Shown here one piece after another: positions 53,071-62,185 of a DNA stretch of 63,755 bases. The DNA lies in contig SIBV01000001.1 in NCBI GenBank assembly GCA_009694965.1, forward strand, positions 1 to 63,755, in the 5' to 3' direction. A program made the position numbers and the translations under genes. The notes under the pieces are model-generated. The model saw only the letters and a list, made by a program, of their open reading frames with translations. It was not told where the DNA came from and searched no databases. How positions within the stretch are numbered: the first letter of the stretch is position 1; every line of letters starts with the position of its first letter. The stretch comes from Candidatus Zambryskiibacteriota bacterium (GTDB lineage Bacteria > Patescibacteriota > Minisyncoccia > Phycocordibacterales > DATDWN01).

Positions 53071-53158
53071 AACTTATCTATTCTACAATGAAACTTATAT
53101 TTCGTAAATAACCAGTGTAACATTTGTAATGCCTAAACCTTTGTTATATATTTTATAA

Positions 53159-53719
53159 ATGATTTTAGTCGTTTTCAGTATTTACCTTCTATTCATAATT
53201 TTATCAGTAGTTTTTATTCTATTTGTCTTAGCACAATTTATTGCTGTATTTACAACTCATGCACCGTTTGTCCCGGTACCAAAAGAAATTGAAAAAGAAA
53301 TCGTTTCCAATTTAAACCTAAACAACGACAGTGTTTTGTTCGATTTGGGTTGTGGTGACGCACGAATACTCACAGAGGCTTCTCTCGAGTACCCGATGAT
53401 TAAGGCTGTAGGTGTAGAAATAGCTTTCCTGCCATTTCTCTTGGCCAAATTCAAAACGAGATCCTACAAAAATATCACGATTAAAAGAGAGGATATTTTC
53501 AGGACAGACTTAAAAGATGCTACTCACGTATTTCTATATCTATATCCAAAAGTCATAAATCGACTAATTCATAATATAAAAGCCCAATGTAAACCTGGCA
53601 CAACCATCGTGTCTTGCGATTTTGAACTAGATAATTACAAACCAAGTAAGGTGATTGATTTGCAAAATATAAACCCAAATTCTAAACGAGGTAAGAAGCT
53701 TTTTATTTACACCGTCTGA
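53159..53719 (+). CDS. membrane-anchored SAM-dependent methyltransferase-like protein
   Basis: N-terminal TM; LFDLGCGDARIL motif I. Confidence 0.6.
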   Translation: MILVVFSIYLLFIILSVVFILFVLAQFIAVFTTHAPFVPVPKEIEKEIVSNLNLNNDSVLFDLGCGDARILTEASLEYPMIKAVGVEIAFLPFLLAKFKTRSYKNITIKREDIFRTDLKDATHVFLYLYPKVINRLIHNIKAQCKPGTTIVSCDFELDNYKPSKVIDLQNINPNSKRGKKLFIYTV

Positions 53720-53728
53720 TTAAAACTT

Positions 53729-54619
53729 TTATTTTACTAGAATACTGTCTCTACACTCTGGATTACAAAATGATCTTCCGTCATCTTCTGAACAACTCTC
53801 ACAGCAGATAAAATGCTTATTACACTCGGGATTCCGACAATTTACATAACGTTCTGAAAACTCTTCGCATTTATCACACTTGCCTACAACCACATGATTG
53901 TCTTTGGAATCAAAGTCCGTAGTTATCCGTTTATCGAAAACATATAAAGTCCCCTCAAACTCTTCCCCTGGAAATTTCTCCATATAAGAAACAATTCCCC
54001 CATCTAGTTGGTACGCATCCTTGAATCCTTCTCTGACAAGAAGTCCTGAAACTTTTTCGCATCTAACTCCCCCAGTGCAAACAGTAAGTACTGTTTTATC
54101 CTTAAAGCTCTCAATATGAGAAAGTGAGGCCGGAATATCGCGAAAGTTTTGCACTGGCATCAAAACTGAATCCTTAAACTTGCCTACCTTGAATTCATAA
54201 TCATTTCTCATATCTACAACATAAAACTCTTTGCCTTCCTCATACCATTTTTTCAATTCTTCAGGTTTCAAGTGTTTACCTGTTATTTTATTTGGATCAA
54301 TATCATTCTCTAAACCTAGGGTCACTATCTCTTTTCGCAGTTTTACTGAAAGCTTTGGAAAAGCGCTTCCTGTTCCAACACTTTTCTTTATGTGAGTATC
54401 AGAAAAACGTATATCGGACAAATACACTTCTAAATACTTTTCTATATTTTCAGTTGTGCCTTCAAGTGTCGCATTGATTCCCTCTTTGGCCACTATTACT
54501 CTACCTTTTAATTGAAGTTTTGTTGCAAGAGCTATCTGCTCTGATTTTAATTTTTCTGGTTCGTCTATTTCTATGTATTTATAGAAAAGAATTATTGCGA
54601 AATTGCTTTCTTTTACCAT
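53729..54619 (-). CDS. trhO: rhodanese-domain protein of the UPF0176/TrhO family (tRNA U34 hydroxylase)
   Basis: ILFYKY N-terminus, rhodanese active-site loop CTGGVRCEK, Cys-rich C-terminus. Confidence 0.8.
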   Translation of the reverse strand: MVKESNFAIILFYKYIEIDEPEKLKSEQIALATKLQLKGRVIVAKEGINATLEGTTENIEKYLEVYLSDIRFSDTHIKKSVGTGSAFPKLSVKLRKEIVTLGLENDIDPNKITGKHLKPEELKKWYEEGKEFYVVDMRNDYEFKVGKFKDSVLMPVQNFRDIPASLSHIESFKDKTVLTVCTGGVRCEKVSGLLVREGFKDAYQLDGGIVSYMEKFPGEEFEGTLYVFDKRITTDFDSKDNHVVVGKCDKCEEFSERYVNCRNPECNKHFICCESCSEDDGRSFCNPECRDSILVK

Positions 54620-54781
54620 ATATTTATATTTTTTTGTTCCTATAATGCTTCTCCTAACCTATCTTAAAGCAAGTAAAACACCGCATTGAGGGATGTTAGG
54701 AGATGTTTAAAACGCATTTCAGTACAATACCGCAAAACCCCACCTTGGTCAAAGTCTAGTTATTTCAATTAAATTATAGGG

Positions 54782-55233
54782 TCATTTCTTCTGAATTGAA
54801 TCTCTAGCGATTTTGATTTTCTCTAACTGGTCTCTTAACTTTCTTTCCTGTTCAACTAATACAGTTTCCACTCTCGTTTCATTTATTAGAGTCGCATGAT
54901 CATAATCGCCATCGTAACCAAGGGGCTCACGTATAATACCCTCACCAGTTGGCAAGATTATTAGACCATACAGACCCCAAAAGAAACAAAAGGAAGTTTA
55001 TTACTATCTATATCGTAGAAGTTCGATACATTTGAATCAGGGTTATTAACTAATTCATCCATGCGAGAGTTAAATACTTGCGTTCGAGAACTATAATCCT
55101 CATCGCTTTCATCCTCTCCTTGAGTCAACTTATGAAAATCTTCATTCATTTTTTGAAGCTCTTTTATAAGTGCTATCTTTTTATCTAAATCCAAATCCTC
55201 TTGCTCCTTTGGTGCTCCTTCTCCTTGAGTCAT
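54782..55233 (-). pseudogene. acidic protein ORF (54961-55233) continuing in the -1 frame (54782-54997): frameshifted gene or assembly indel
   Basis: ORF track gives 90 aa ending at 54961; own translation of the -1 frame continues TSFCFFWGLYGLIILPTGEG...ERKLRDQLEKIKIARDSIQKK with no start codon of its own. Confidence 0.4.
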
Positions 55234-55295
55234 ATTGTAAAAAATTTAACTATTATGTTTAATATTATACATCAATCAAACCTTGATGCAATGAG

Positions 55296-55778
55296 TTACT
55301 TCAATCCCTTACAGTTCTTTCCTGGGGTAAATCCGGCATCTTTCGCTTCTTCAATTGAAGCAAACTTTACTTGATTTTCGGGCTTTATTCTCTTAACAGT
55401 CCCACACCAAGGAAAGTAGTATTTTTTACCAGTTTTTGACCCTACAACAGCCCCATCCTTAGATCCAAGGACTCCCCTTGGATTGGTTGCTCCCACGTCT
55501 GGAAAACCGACTCCTGACTGTATTACGGCCCCAGTTTGTGAATTTGTTTGGCTTATTTGCTTATACTCTATTTTTATTGGTTTATGAGCCTCTTCTAAGG
55601 CAGAAATTCGCCCTAAGGCAAAGAAAATGAAGGCTACAGTTAGAATTACAAATAAATTGTAAAAGGGGTTGACCCAGTAGTGAAAAAAGGCATGGAACCC
55701 TGTTCGCTCCGTTGGAGCAATGCCTTTTTCTACTACGGGGTTGATTTTTTGAAGTATTTCCTTTATACTCATACTCAC
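55296..55778 (-). CDS. membrane-anchored protein with C-terminal Ada-like Cys-containing (sunset) domain
   Basis: One TM (LFVILTVAFIFFALG); C-terminus KKYYFPWCGTVKRIKPENQVKFASIEEAKDAGFTPGKNC. Confidence 0.6.
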   Translation of the reverse strand: MSMSIKEILQKINPVVEKGIAPTERTGFHAFFHYWVNPFYNLFVILTVAFIFFALGRISALEEAHKPIKIEYKQISQTNSQTGAVIQSGVGFPDVGATNPRGVLGSKDGAVVGSKTGKKYYFPWCGTVKRIKPENQVKFASIEEAKDAGFTPGKNCKGLK

Positions 55779-55851
55779 TCAGTTTAACAATATTTATTGG
55801 GTAAAACAAAGGTCTCGATTTAATAACACTATATAAACACTACATAATTTT

Positions 55852-55925
55852 GAATTTCTAATTTCTAATTTCTAATTTCTAAACTGGGTTCTGTTTTAAA
55901 ATTGAAAATTGAAAATTGAAAATTC
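55852..55925. repeat. family G word-hairpin, copy G3 (two heptamer arrays)
   Basis: (AATTTCT)x4 at 55852-55884 and (AAAATTG)x4 at 55893-55925; arms pair with one mismatch per heptad. Confidence 0.8.
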
Positions 55926-55946
55926 GTTTATGTAACCATAAACGTC

Positions 55947-56219
55947 ATGGCTCATAAAAAGAGTGCCGGAACAACAAAAAACGGTAGAGATTCAAATCCT
56001 AAATACCTTGGTGTGAAAATCACTGAAGGTGATATGGCACAAGCTGGATCTGTAATAATCCGACAAAGAGGCACAGACGTCATGCCTGGCAGAGGCGTAG
56101 GTATGGGCAAAGACCATACTCTATATGCTCTTGTCCCAGGAACTGTAAAGTTCAGCTCAAAAAGAAAGAAGCATTTTGATAATACAATGCAAGTAAAGAA
56201 AGTAATCTCAATAGTTTAA
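55947..56219 (+). CDS. rpmA: 50S ribosomal protein L27
   Basis: [24 protein letters not shown]... Confidence 0.95.
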   Translation: MAHKKSAGTTKNGRDSNPKYLGVKITEGDMAQAGSVIIRQRGTDVMPGRGVGMGKDHTLYALVPGTVKFSSKRKKHFDNTMQVKKVISIV

Positions 56220-56248
56220 AACGCAACAAAATTACTCCAATAAAAGCA

Positions 56249-56372
56249 GTCGTGCCGTCCATCCTCGCAGCAAACTGCGAAGGTTGCGGCACGAACCAGG
56301 GCTCTTATGTTCGTAGGGGAATCGGCCACCGCCGATACTAGTATATCAATCCCCGCAGCAAGCTGACGGGGT
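56249..56372 (+). ncRNA. candidate G+C-rich structured RNA N2 (3' of rpmA); class unknown
   Basis: Hairpins 56251-57/56287-93 (inner 56265-70/56275-80), 56316-20/56350-54 (inner 56321-26/56331-36) and alternative 56351-55/56367-71; twice CGCAGCAA(A/G)CTG; strand uncertain. Confidence 0.4.
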
Positions 56373-56383
56373 ATTTCTCGAAT

Positions 56384-56413
56384 AAAAAAACCACCCTCTC
56401 GGGTGGTTTTTTT
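56384..56413. terminator. bidirectional intrinsic terminator
   Basis: AAAAAAA-CCACCC-TCTC-GGGTGG-TTTTTTT between convergent rpmA and rplI. Confidence 0.85.
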
Positions 56414-56855
56414 ATTTACTTTCTATTATAACTTTGAATTCGGCTTTTTTGCCACTTGCCTCAACAGTAACCGAATGCTCACCTACCTCCTTCAACGGCT
56501 TTTCTAATTTTATAGATTCTGGGTCAATGTTTATTCGAGCTACCTTCAAAATTTCTTCTGCCAATCTTTCTTTTGTTATCCCCGCAAACAAGTGGCCTTT
56601 GTCACTCGCCTTTTCTTGTAGGTTCAAAGTTATATTTTTTATAACTTCAAAACTCTTCGCCAATAATTCGCCTTGGACCTTTTTCTCGGTCAAATCAGTT
56701 GCCTTCAAGATTTCAATATTCTTTATTGCGTTTGCTGTTGCTGCCTGCGCCTGACCTCGTGGTATTAGCATATTCAATGCGAAACCATCCGCCACATCCT
56801 TTATGTCGTACTTTTTACCTACCTTTGCAATGTCTTTCAGAAGTATTATTTTCAT
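56412..56855 (-). CDS. rplI: 50S ribosomal protein L9
   Basis: MKIILLKDIAKVGKKYDIKDVADGFALNMLIP...; the track's 24-aa N-terminal extension is encoded by repeat A7. Confidence 0.9.
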   Translation of the reverse strand: MKIILLKDIAKVGKKYDIKDVADGFALNMLIPRGQAQAATANAIKNIEILKATDLTEKKVQGELLAKSFEVIKNITLNLQEKASDKGHLFAGITKERLAEEILKVARINIDPESIKLEKPLKEVGEHSVTVEASGKKAEFKVIIESK

Positions 56856-56863
56856 ATATTCAG

Positions 56864-56959
56864 AATATACGAATATACGAATTATGCAAATCAACGAATG
56901 GCTACGAATGAATTCATTCGTAGCCATTCGTAAAAGTATTTCATTCGTTAATTCGTATA
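56864..56959 (+). repeat. family A word-hairpin, copy A7 (contains a perfect 38-nt palindrome 56894-56931)
   Basis: ACGAATGGCTACGAATGAATTCATTCGTAGCCATTCGT flanked by ATACGAATATACGAATTATGC and TTCATTCGTTAATTCGTATAT. Confidence 0.9.
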
Positions 56960-58186
56960 TTACTTACTGAGAATTTCCAGCGCTTTTAACAACTGAGTAT
57001 CATTCCCCTTCTTAAACTCCTCCTCATCCAACTTCACAACTTCGTTTGGAGTTAGACCTTGATGAGAAATAGATATTCCGTTTGGTGTAAGCCACTTTGC
57101 GATAGTAACTTTGAGACTAGTTCCCTGTCCGATGTCCATAAGCTCCTGTACTGAACCTTTTCCAAATGACTGAACTCCAACTAGTTTTGCTACACCATGA
57201 TCATGAAGTGCTCCCGCAAGAATCTCTGAAGCACTAGCGGATCCGCCGTCAATCAATACCACAAGTTTAAGATTATCGTTGAATACATTGTATCCCTTGC
57301 TTCGGAAAATCTGTTCATCTTTCTCGTCTTTGAAATCCTCTTTTACAACTACTTTTCCTGCTGGCAAAAACCATGAAGCCATATCTATCGCTGCATCTAG
57401 ATATCCCCCTGGATTTCCTCTAACATCTATTATTAGTTTTACTTTTCCAGACTCAACGAACTCTCGGAGGGATTCCCTGAACAAATTTGCTGATATTGCT
57501 GAAAAGTTATAGAGACGAATTATAAAGACATCACCCTTCACCTCGGTATCCACGGTTGGCATGTTTATGACATCTCTAATAACTGTAATTTCTAGAGGTT
57601 CTTTGTTGCCCTCTCTAACAACTATGAATTTAACTGGAGTACCTTTTTTCCCACGAATTATTTTGATTGCCTCTTCTGTACTAAGTCCTGCCGTAGCAGT
57701 ATCATCAATTTTCAAAATCTTATCTAGAGGTTTCATACCGGCTTTATATGCAGGAGTACCCTTGAGTGGCGCTATCACCGTCAAAATTCCTTCTTTTGTA
57801 CCGACTTCCATGCCAACACCTTCGAAGTTGCCACTTATTTCCTCGCTAAAAATCTTTGCCTCAACAGGAGGAAGGAAAATGGTGTATGGGTCTCCTAGGG
57901 ACATCACCATACCCTCGATAGCTCCATAAACTCTAGCCTGGTCGTCTATCTTCACAGTAGTTGTGCTGTTTGTAGTGACATACTTGTCGTTTATCACATT
58001 CCAAGCCTTCCAAAATAAAGCAAAATCTACTTCACTTGGAGAACCTTCTGTTTTGTTGATTAGCGCTGTTACTTTGTTTATTTCAGAAACATTTTGTTTA
58101 CCAAAATAATAACCAGTAAAAAAAATAAGTCCTACGACAAGTAGACTCGAGAAAACGTAAGCTCTGTATTTGAAAAAATCATTCAT
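56960..58186 (-). CDS. ctpA: carboxy-terminal processing peptidase (S41) with PDZ domain
   Basis: PDZ region GMKPLDKILKIDD; RGNPGGYLD and S41 catalytic region; ATG 58186 (MNDFFKY...) preferred, TTG 58225 also possible. Confidence 0.85.
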   Translation of the reverse strand: MNDFFKYRAYVFSSLLVVGLIFFTGYYFGKQNVSEINKVTALINKTEGSPSEVDFALFWKAWNVINDKYVTTNSTTTVKIDDQARVYGAIEGMVMSLGDPYTIFLPPVEAKIFSEEISGNFEGVGMEVGTKEGILTVIAPLKGTPAYKAGMKPLDKILKIDDTATAGLSTEEAIKIIRGKKGTPVKFIVVREGNKEPLEITVIRDVINMPTVDTEVKGDVFIIRLYNFSAISANLFRESLREFVESGKVKLIIDVRGNPGGYLDAAIDMASWFLPAGKVVVKEDFKDEKDEQIFRSKGYNVFNDNLKLVVLIDGGSASASEILAGALHDHGVAKLVGVQSFGKGSVQELMDIGQGTSLKVTIAKWLTPNGISISHQGLTPNEVVKLDEEEFKKGNDTQLLKALEILSK

Positions 58187-58330
58187 ATTGAACTCTATTG
58201 TCTCAATCCCGTTAGAGTTTTGCAAGCCCTACCTAATCAAATAATTAAAACGTAGAAGTTAAAACCTATATGAGCATCTTTCGTATAATCAAAAACTCTA
58301 ACGGGATCAAGAAACTACATTGTGGTCAAT

Positions 58331-58402
58331 CCGGTAGTAGAAGTTGGCATAGCACTAAAGGTGCATAAATATAAAATGCCAACTTCACTACGGGATTAAT
58401 CC
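58331..58402 (+). repeat. family D REP-like hairpin, long form, copy D7
   Basis: CCGGTAGTAGAAGTTGGCAT-loop-ATGCCAACTTCACTACGGGATTAATCC; loop start AGCACTAAAG shared with D1a. Confidence 0.85.
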
Positions 58403-58446
58403 ATAATCAGTTTCCTAATTAATAATTAAGCTATATACTATTAAAT

Positions 58447-59826
58447 ATGAGAATCTATCTACAAAACACACTAACTGGAAACAAAGAAGAATTTAAGCCT
58501 CTAAAGGCTGGTTTTGTTTCTATGTATAACTGCGGACCGACAGTTTATAACTATGCGCATATAGGAAATTTGAGAAGTTACGTTTTTGCAGATACCTTGA
58601 GACGAGTGTTTGAATACAATAGTCTAGAGGTTAAGCAGGTTATCAACATCACTGACATTGGACACCTCTCTAGCGACTCGGATGATGGGGAGGACAAAAT
58701 GACAAAAGCTCTGAAGCGCGAAGGCAAGCCTCTGACTCTAGAGGCTATGAAGGAAGTAGCGAATTTTTACTTTGATAAATTTAAGGAAGATTTGGACTCT
58801 CTAAACATAGAAACTCCAGCAAACTTCCCTTTTGCTAGTGATCACATAAAGGAAGATATTGATTTGGTTACTAAACTTGAAGAAAAAGGTTTTACTTATG
58901 CTATTTCAGATGGAATATATTTTGATATCAGTAAATTTCCAGATTATGGAAGACTTGGGAATATAAAAATTGATGATAAAGGTGAATCGAGAGTAGGATC
59001 AAATCCAGAAAAGAGAAACCAGCGTGACTTTGCTGTTTGGAAATTCAATAGTGAACTTGGTTACAATGCGCCTTTTGGAAAAGGTTTCCCGGGCTGGCAT
59101 ATAGAGTGCTCGGCAATGTCAGTAAAGTACCTTGGGCCTGAATTCGATGTTCACACAGGAGGAATCGATCATATACCTGTGCACCATAACAACGAGATAG
59201 CTCAATCTGTTTGTGCGGGAGATCCATACGCAAAATATTGGTTACATAATGCATTTCTAAATGTTGATTCTGGTAAAATGGCAAAGTCTGATGGCAACGA
59301 CACAACCCTGAAAACTCTGATGGATAAGAATATTGACCCTGTTGCCTATCGATATTTATTGCTTACGGCTCGTTACTCCTCGCCACTTCAATTTAGTTGG
59401 GAAGCTTTGGAAGGTTCGCTGACTGCCCTGAAAAAATTAAGAAACTTTACCGCAGCTAAAGATGATGACACTCCCGATGATTTTTCTAAATTGGAGGAAT
59501 ATAAAACTAATTTTCTGCAGTTTGTTAACGACGACCTGGATACACCGAAAGCCCTGGCCTTAGTTTGGGACATGGTCAAAGACGACTCGCTTTCCAGTAA
59601 AAGCAAAAAGCTACTTTTAATAGATTTTGATAAAGTTTTGGGGTTGAATCTTAATAAGGTTGAAACTGTAGAGATTCCAGAAAACGTAAAAAAATTGATA
59701 AAAAATCGCGATTTAGCTCGAGAAGGCAAAGACTTTGTTAAAAGTGATGAATTAAGAGTGGAAATTGAAACTTTTGGGTTTGAGGTCAAAGATACAGATG
59801 CTGGCACTCTTGTCACTCCTCGTTAA
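58447..59826 (+). CDS. cysS: cysteine--tRNA ligase
   Basis: YNCGPTVYNYAHIGNLRSY (HIGH), GWHIECS, KMAKS. Confidence 0.93.
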   Translation: MRIYLQNTLTGNKEEFKPLKAGFVSMYNCGPTVYNYAHIGNLRSYVFADTLRRVFEYNSLEVKQVINITDIGHLSSDSDDGEDKMTKALKREGKPLTLEAMKEVANFYFDKFKEDLDSLNIETPANFPFASDHIKEDIDLVTKLEEKGFTYAISDGIYFDISKFPDYGRLGNIKIDDKGESRVGSNPEKRNQRDFAVWKFNSELGYNAPFGKGFPGWHIECSAMSVKYLGPEFDVHTGGIDHIPVHHNNEIAQSVCAGDPYAKYWLHNAFLNVDSGKMAKSDGNDTTLKTLMDKNIDPVAYRYLLLTARYSSPLQFSWEALEGSLTALKKLRNFTAAKDDDTPDDFSKLEEYKTNFLQFVNDDLDTPKALALVWDMVKDDSLSSKSKKLLLIDFDKVLGLNLNKVETVEIPENVKKLIKNRDLAREGKDFVKSDELRVEIETFGFEVKDTDAGTLVTPR

Positions 59827-59906
59827 TTGTTTTGCACTAATCAATCCACAGGTTATACCACTCATTTAAATAGAATTTTGAAATCATGACGTGCTAAAAT
59901 CTAAGC

Positions 59907-61301
59907 ATGCCAACAAAAACTATTATCACTCAAACGGTGACAAATCGTATGAGGATACCCCCACAGAATTTGGAATCAGAAATGGCAGTTCTGGGTTCCA
60001 TAATGCTCAGGCCTGAAGCACTCTACGATATAGTTGATGTCGTAAAGGCGGATTCTTTCTATTCAGAAAAGCATCGCGTTATTTATGACGCAATGATGGA
60101 ACTTTTTGTAAAAAAATCTCCTATTGATTTACTATCCGTTTCTTCTAAACTGAAAGAGAAGGGTTGGCTTGATCAAATAGGTGGTAACACTTACCTTACT
60201 GAGATAGTAAACGTGGTTCCATCTTCTGCCAATATCGCTTACTATGCCGAAATAGTTCAGAAAAAACATATGATGAGACGCCTTATCGAAGCCTCTGACC
60301 ATATTTCTCAAATCGGTTATGATGAAACCAAAGAACTTGAAGAGATGCTCGATGGTGCAGAAAAAAAACTTTTTGATGTTACGAACTTCAACACCGCTCA
60401 TAAATTTGTTGCAATCAAGGAAGAACTAGCTGAAGCATGGGAAAGACTTGACCGACTTCACACAGATGGCGTAGGTATGCGTGGAGTACCATCCGGCTTT
60501 CATGATATTGATAATAAACTTTCTGGGTTCCAAAAGTCTGACCTGATTATTCTTGCAGCCAGACCATCTATGGGCAAGACTTCGCTAGCGCTGGACATCG
60601 CTCGCCAAGCTGCGGTGAACCACAACATACCTGTTGGTATTTTTTCACTAGAAATGAGCAGTCAGCAACTAGTAGATAGAATGCTTGCAGCACAGGCAAA
60701 CGTCGATGCGTGGAAACTACGAACGGGAAAACTTTCTAGACAGGACGATTTTGACGCTATCCGTAGTTCACTCGACAAACTGAGTAATGCACCTATTTAT
60801 ATTGACGACCAACCTGGAAACAATATTTTAAAAATGAAATCGATTGCTAGAAGATTGAAAAGTGAAAAAGGATTGGGGCTTATTATCGTGGATTATCTCC
60901 AGCTTATGGTTCCAACTCAGACAAAGAGCGATAACATGGTTCAGCAAATAACTGAAATCTCAAAGTCGTTGAAAAATCTTGCTCGAGAATTAGATGTTCC
61001 TGTTCTTGCTCTCTCTCAGTTAAACCGCGCGGTGGAAGCTCGTGGAGGTCGCCCTCGTCTTTCTGACCTACGAGATTCTGGAGCTATTGAGCAAGATGCT
61101 GATGTCGTTATGTTTATTCACACCGAAGATAAATATAAGGATGAAGCAGAACAAACAAACATATATGAAATATTGATTGAAAAACACCGAAATGGAGAAA
61201 CCGGAAAAGTAGAACTATTTTTTAACAAAAAGAAAGCGACTTTCCAATCAATGGACAAATCCCAATATGGTGGAGCGGAGAAAGAATTCTCAGACTTCTA
61301 A
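59907..61301 (+). CDS. dnaB: replicative DNA helicase DnaB
   Basis: PPQNLESEMAVLGSIML N-terminus; ARPSMGKTS Walker A; IIVDYLQLM; SQLNRAVE. Confidence 0.95.
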   Translation: MPTKTIITQTVTNRMRIPPQNLESEMAVLGSIMLRPEALYDIVDVVKADSFYSEKHRVIYDAMMELFVKKSPIDLLSVSSKLKEKGWLDQIGGNTYLTEIVNVVPSSANIAYYAEIVQKKHMMRRLIEASDHISQIGYDETKELEEMLDGAEKKLFDVTNFNTAHKFVAIKEELAEAWERLDRLHTDGVGMRGVPSGFHDIDNKLSGFQKSDLIILAARPSMGKTSLALDIARQAAVNHNIPVGIFSLEMSSQQLVDRMLAAQANVDAWKLRTGKLSRQDDFDAIRSSLDKLSNAPIYIDDQPGNNILKMKSIARRLKSEKGLGLIIVDYLQLMVPTQTKSDNMVQQITEISKSLKNLARELDVPVLALSQLNRAVEARGGRPRLSDLRDSGAIEQDADVVMFIHTEDKYKDEAEQTNIYEILIEKHRNGETGKVELFFNKKKATFQSMDKSQYGGAEKEFSDF

Positions 61302-61415
61302 TAATACAAATATGCAAACAAACGAATAATACGAATGGCTACGAATAAGATAATAAATTATTGTATTATTCGTAGCCATTCGTAGATTTGTTATAATTCG
61401 AATATTCGTATATTT
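61302..61415 (+). repeat. family A word-hairpin, copy A8 (19-bp perfect stem 61330-61348/61366-61384)
   Basis: TACGAATGGCTACGAATAA pairs with TTATTCGTAGCCATTCGTA; outer arms ATACAAATATGCAAACAAACGAAT / ATTCGAATATTCGTATATTT. Confidence 0.9.
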
Positions 61416-61420
61416 ATTTT

Positions 61421-62032
61421 ATGGACAATACTCAGAGACTCATAGAACTCTTCAAAGAGTTTCCCGGAATTGGACCAAGACAAGCCAAAAGGTTTGTATA
61501 TTTTTTACTAAATCGAAATCCTGCTTACGCCAATAATTTATCAAAACTCATAAATGAAGTGCGTTCGACTGTTCACTCCTGCGATTCTTGCTTCAGATTC
61601 TTCCCTAATTCCACAAGTTCAACATGTCCAACTTGCAGAGACACCACAAGAGACTCCTCTTTACTTATGATAGTTTCCAATGATGTAGATTTTGAGAATA
61701 TTGAAAAAACGCATTTTTTCAATGGTTATTATTTTATGTTAGGTGGAAATATTCCAATCTTGGAAAAAAATCCTGAAAAGAGAATACGCCAAAAAGAATT
61801 ATTAAATATAATTGAAAAAAAATCTAAAGATGGATTGAATGAAATTATCATAGCATTAAACTATAACCCTGAAGGCGAAAACACACTTTCTTATCTTACT
61901 GACTTATTGTCAAGGTTCAACCTTGACAATAATGTTAAGATTTCAACACTTGGACGAGGACTCTCAACTGGAACCGAGCTTGAGTATTCTGATAGTGACA
62001 CCATCAAGAACGCCCTTAAAAATCGACAGTAG
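61421..62032 (+). CDS. recR: recombination protein RecR
   Basis: FPGIGPRQAKRF HhH, C4 zinc finger CDSC...CPTC, Toprim region. Confidence 0.93.
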   Translation: MDNTQRLIELFKEFPGIGPRQAKRFVYFLLNRNPAYANNLSKLINEVRSTVHSCDSCFRFFPNSTSSTCPTCRDTTRDSSLLMIVSNDVDFENIEKTHFFNGYYFMLGGNIPILEKNPEKRIRQKELLNIIEKKSKDGLNEIIIALNYNPEGENTLSYLTDLLSRFNLDNNVKISTLGRGLSTGTELEYSDSDTIKNALKNRQ

Positions 62033-62159
62033 AACTTCCATATTTGGACAATCTCTGCGTGGGAATTTCAAAAATTCTCGTCACTTTACGATATGTAAAG
62101 CTCCTCCTATTTTCTTATTCCGCCTTGACCTTGTCAAAAATCTGAAAGTTCTTAATAAA

Positions 62160-62185
62160 ACAACCTCCGAGAGGAGGCTATTTTA
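62160..62185. terminator. bidirectional hairpin terminator
   Basis: CCTCC-GAGA-GGAGG with a T-run on both strands. Confidence 0.6.

Noticed and set aside
55852-55925. CRISPR array
   Set aside because: The repeat units are 7 nt and directly abutting with no spacers, and no cas genes are present. The same applies to the other word repeats.
56856-56927. N-terminal 24-aa extension of rplI (MATNEFIRSHS...)
   Set aside because: It is encoded by the palindromic core of repeat A7 (ATGGCTACGAATGAATTC...). L9 orthologues start at MKIILLKD-like sequences.
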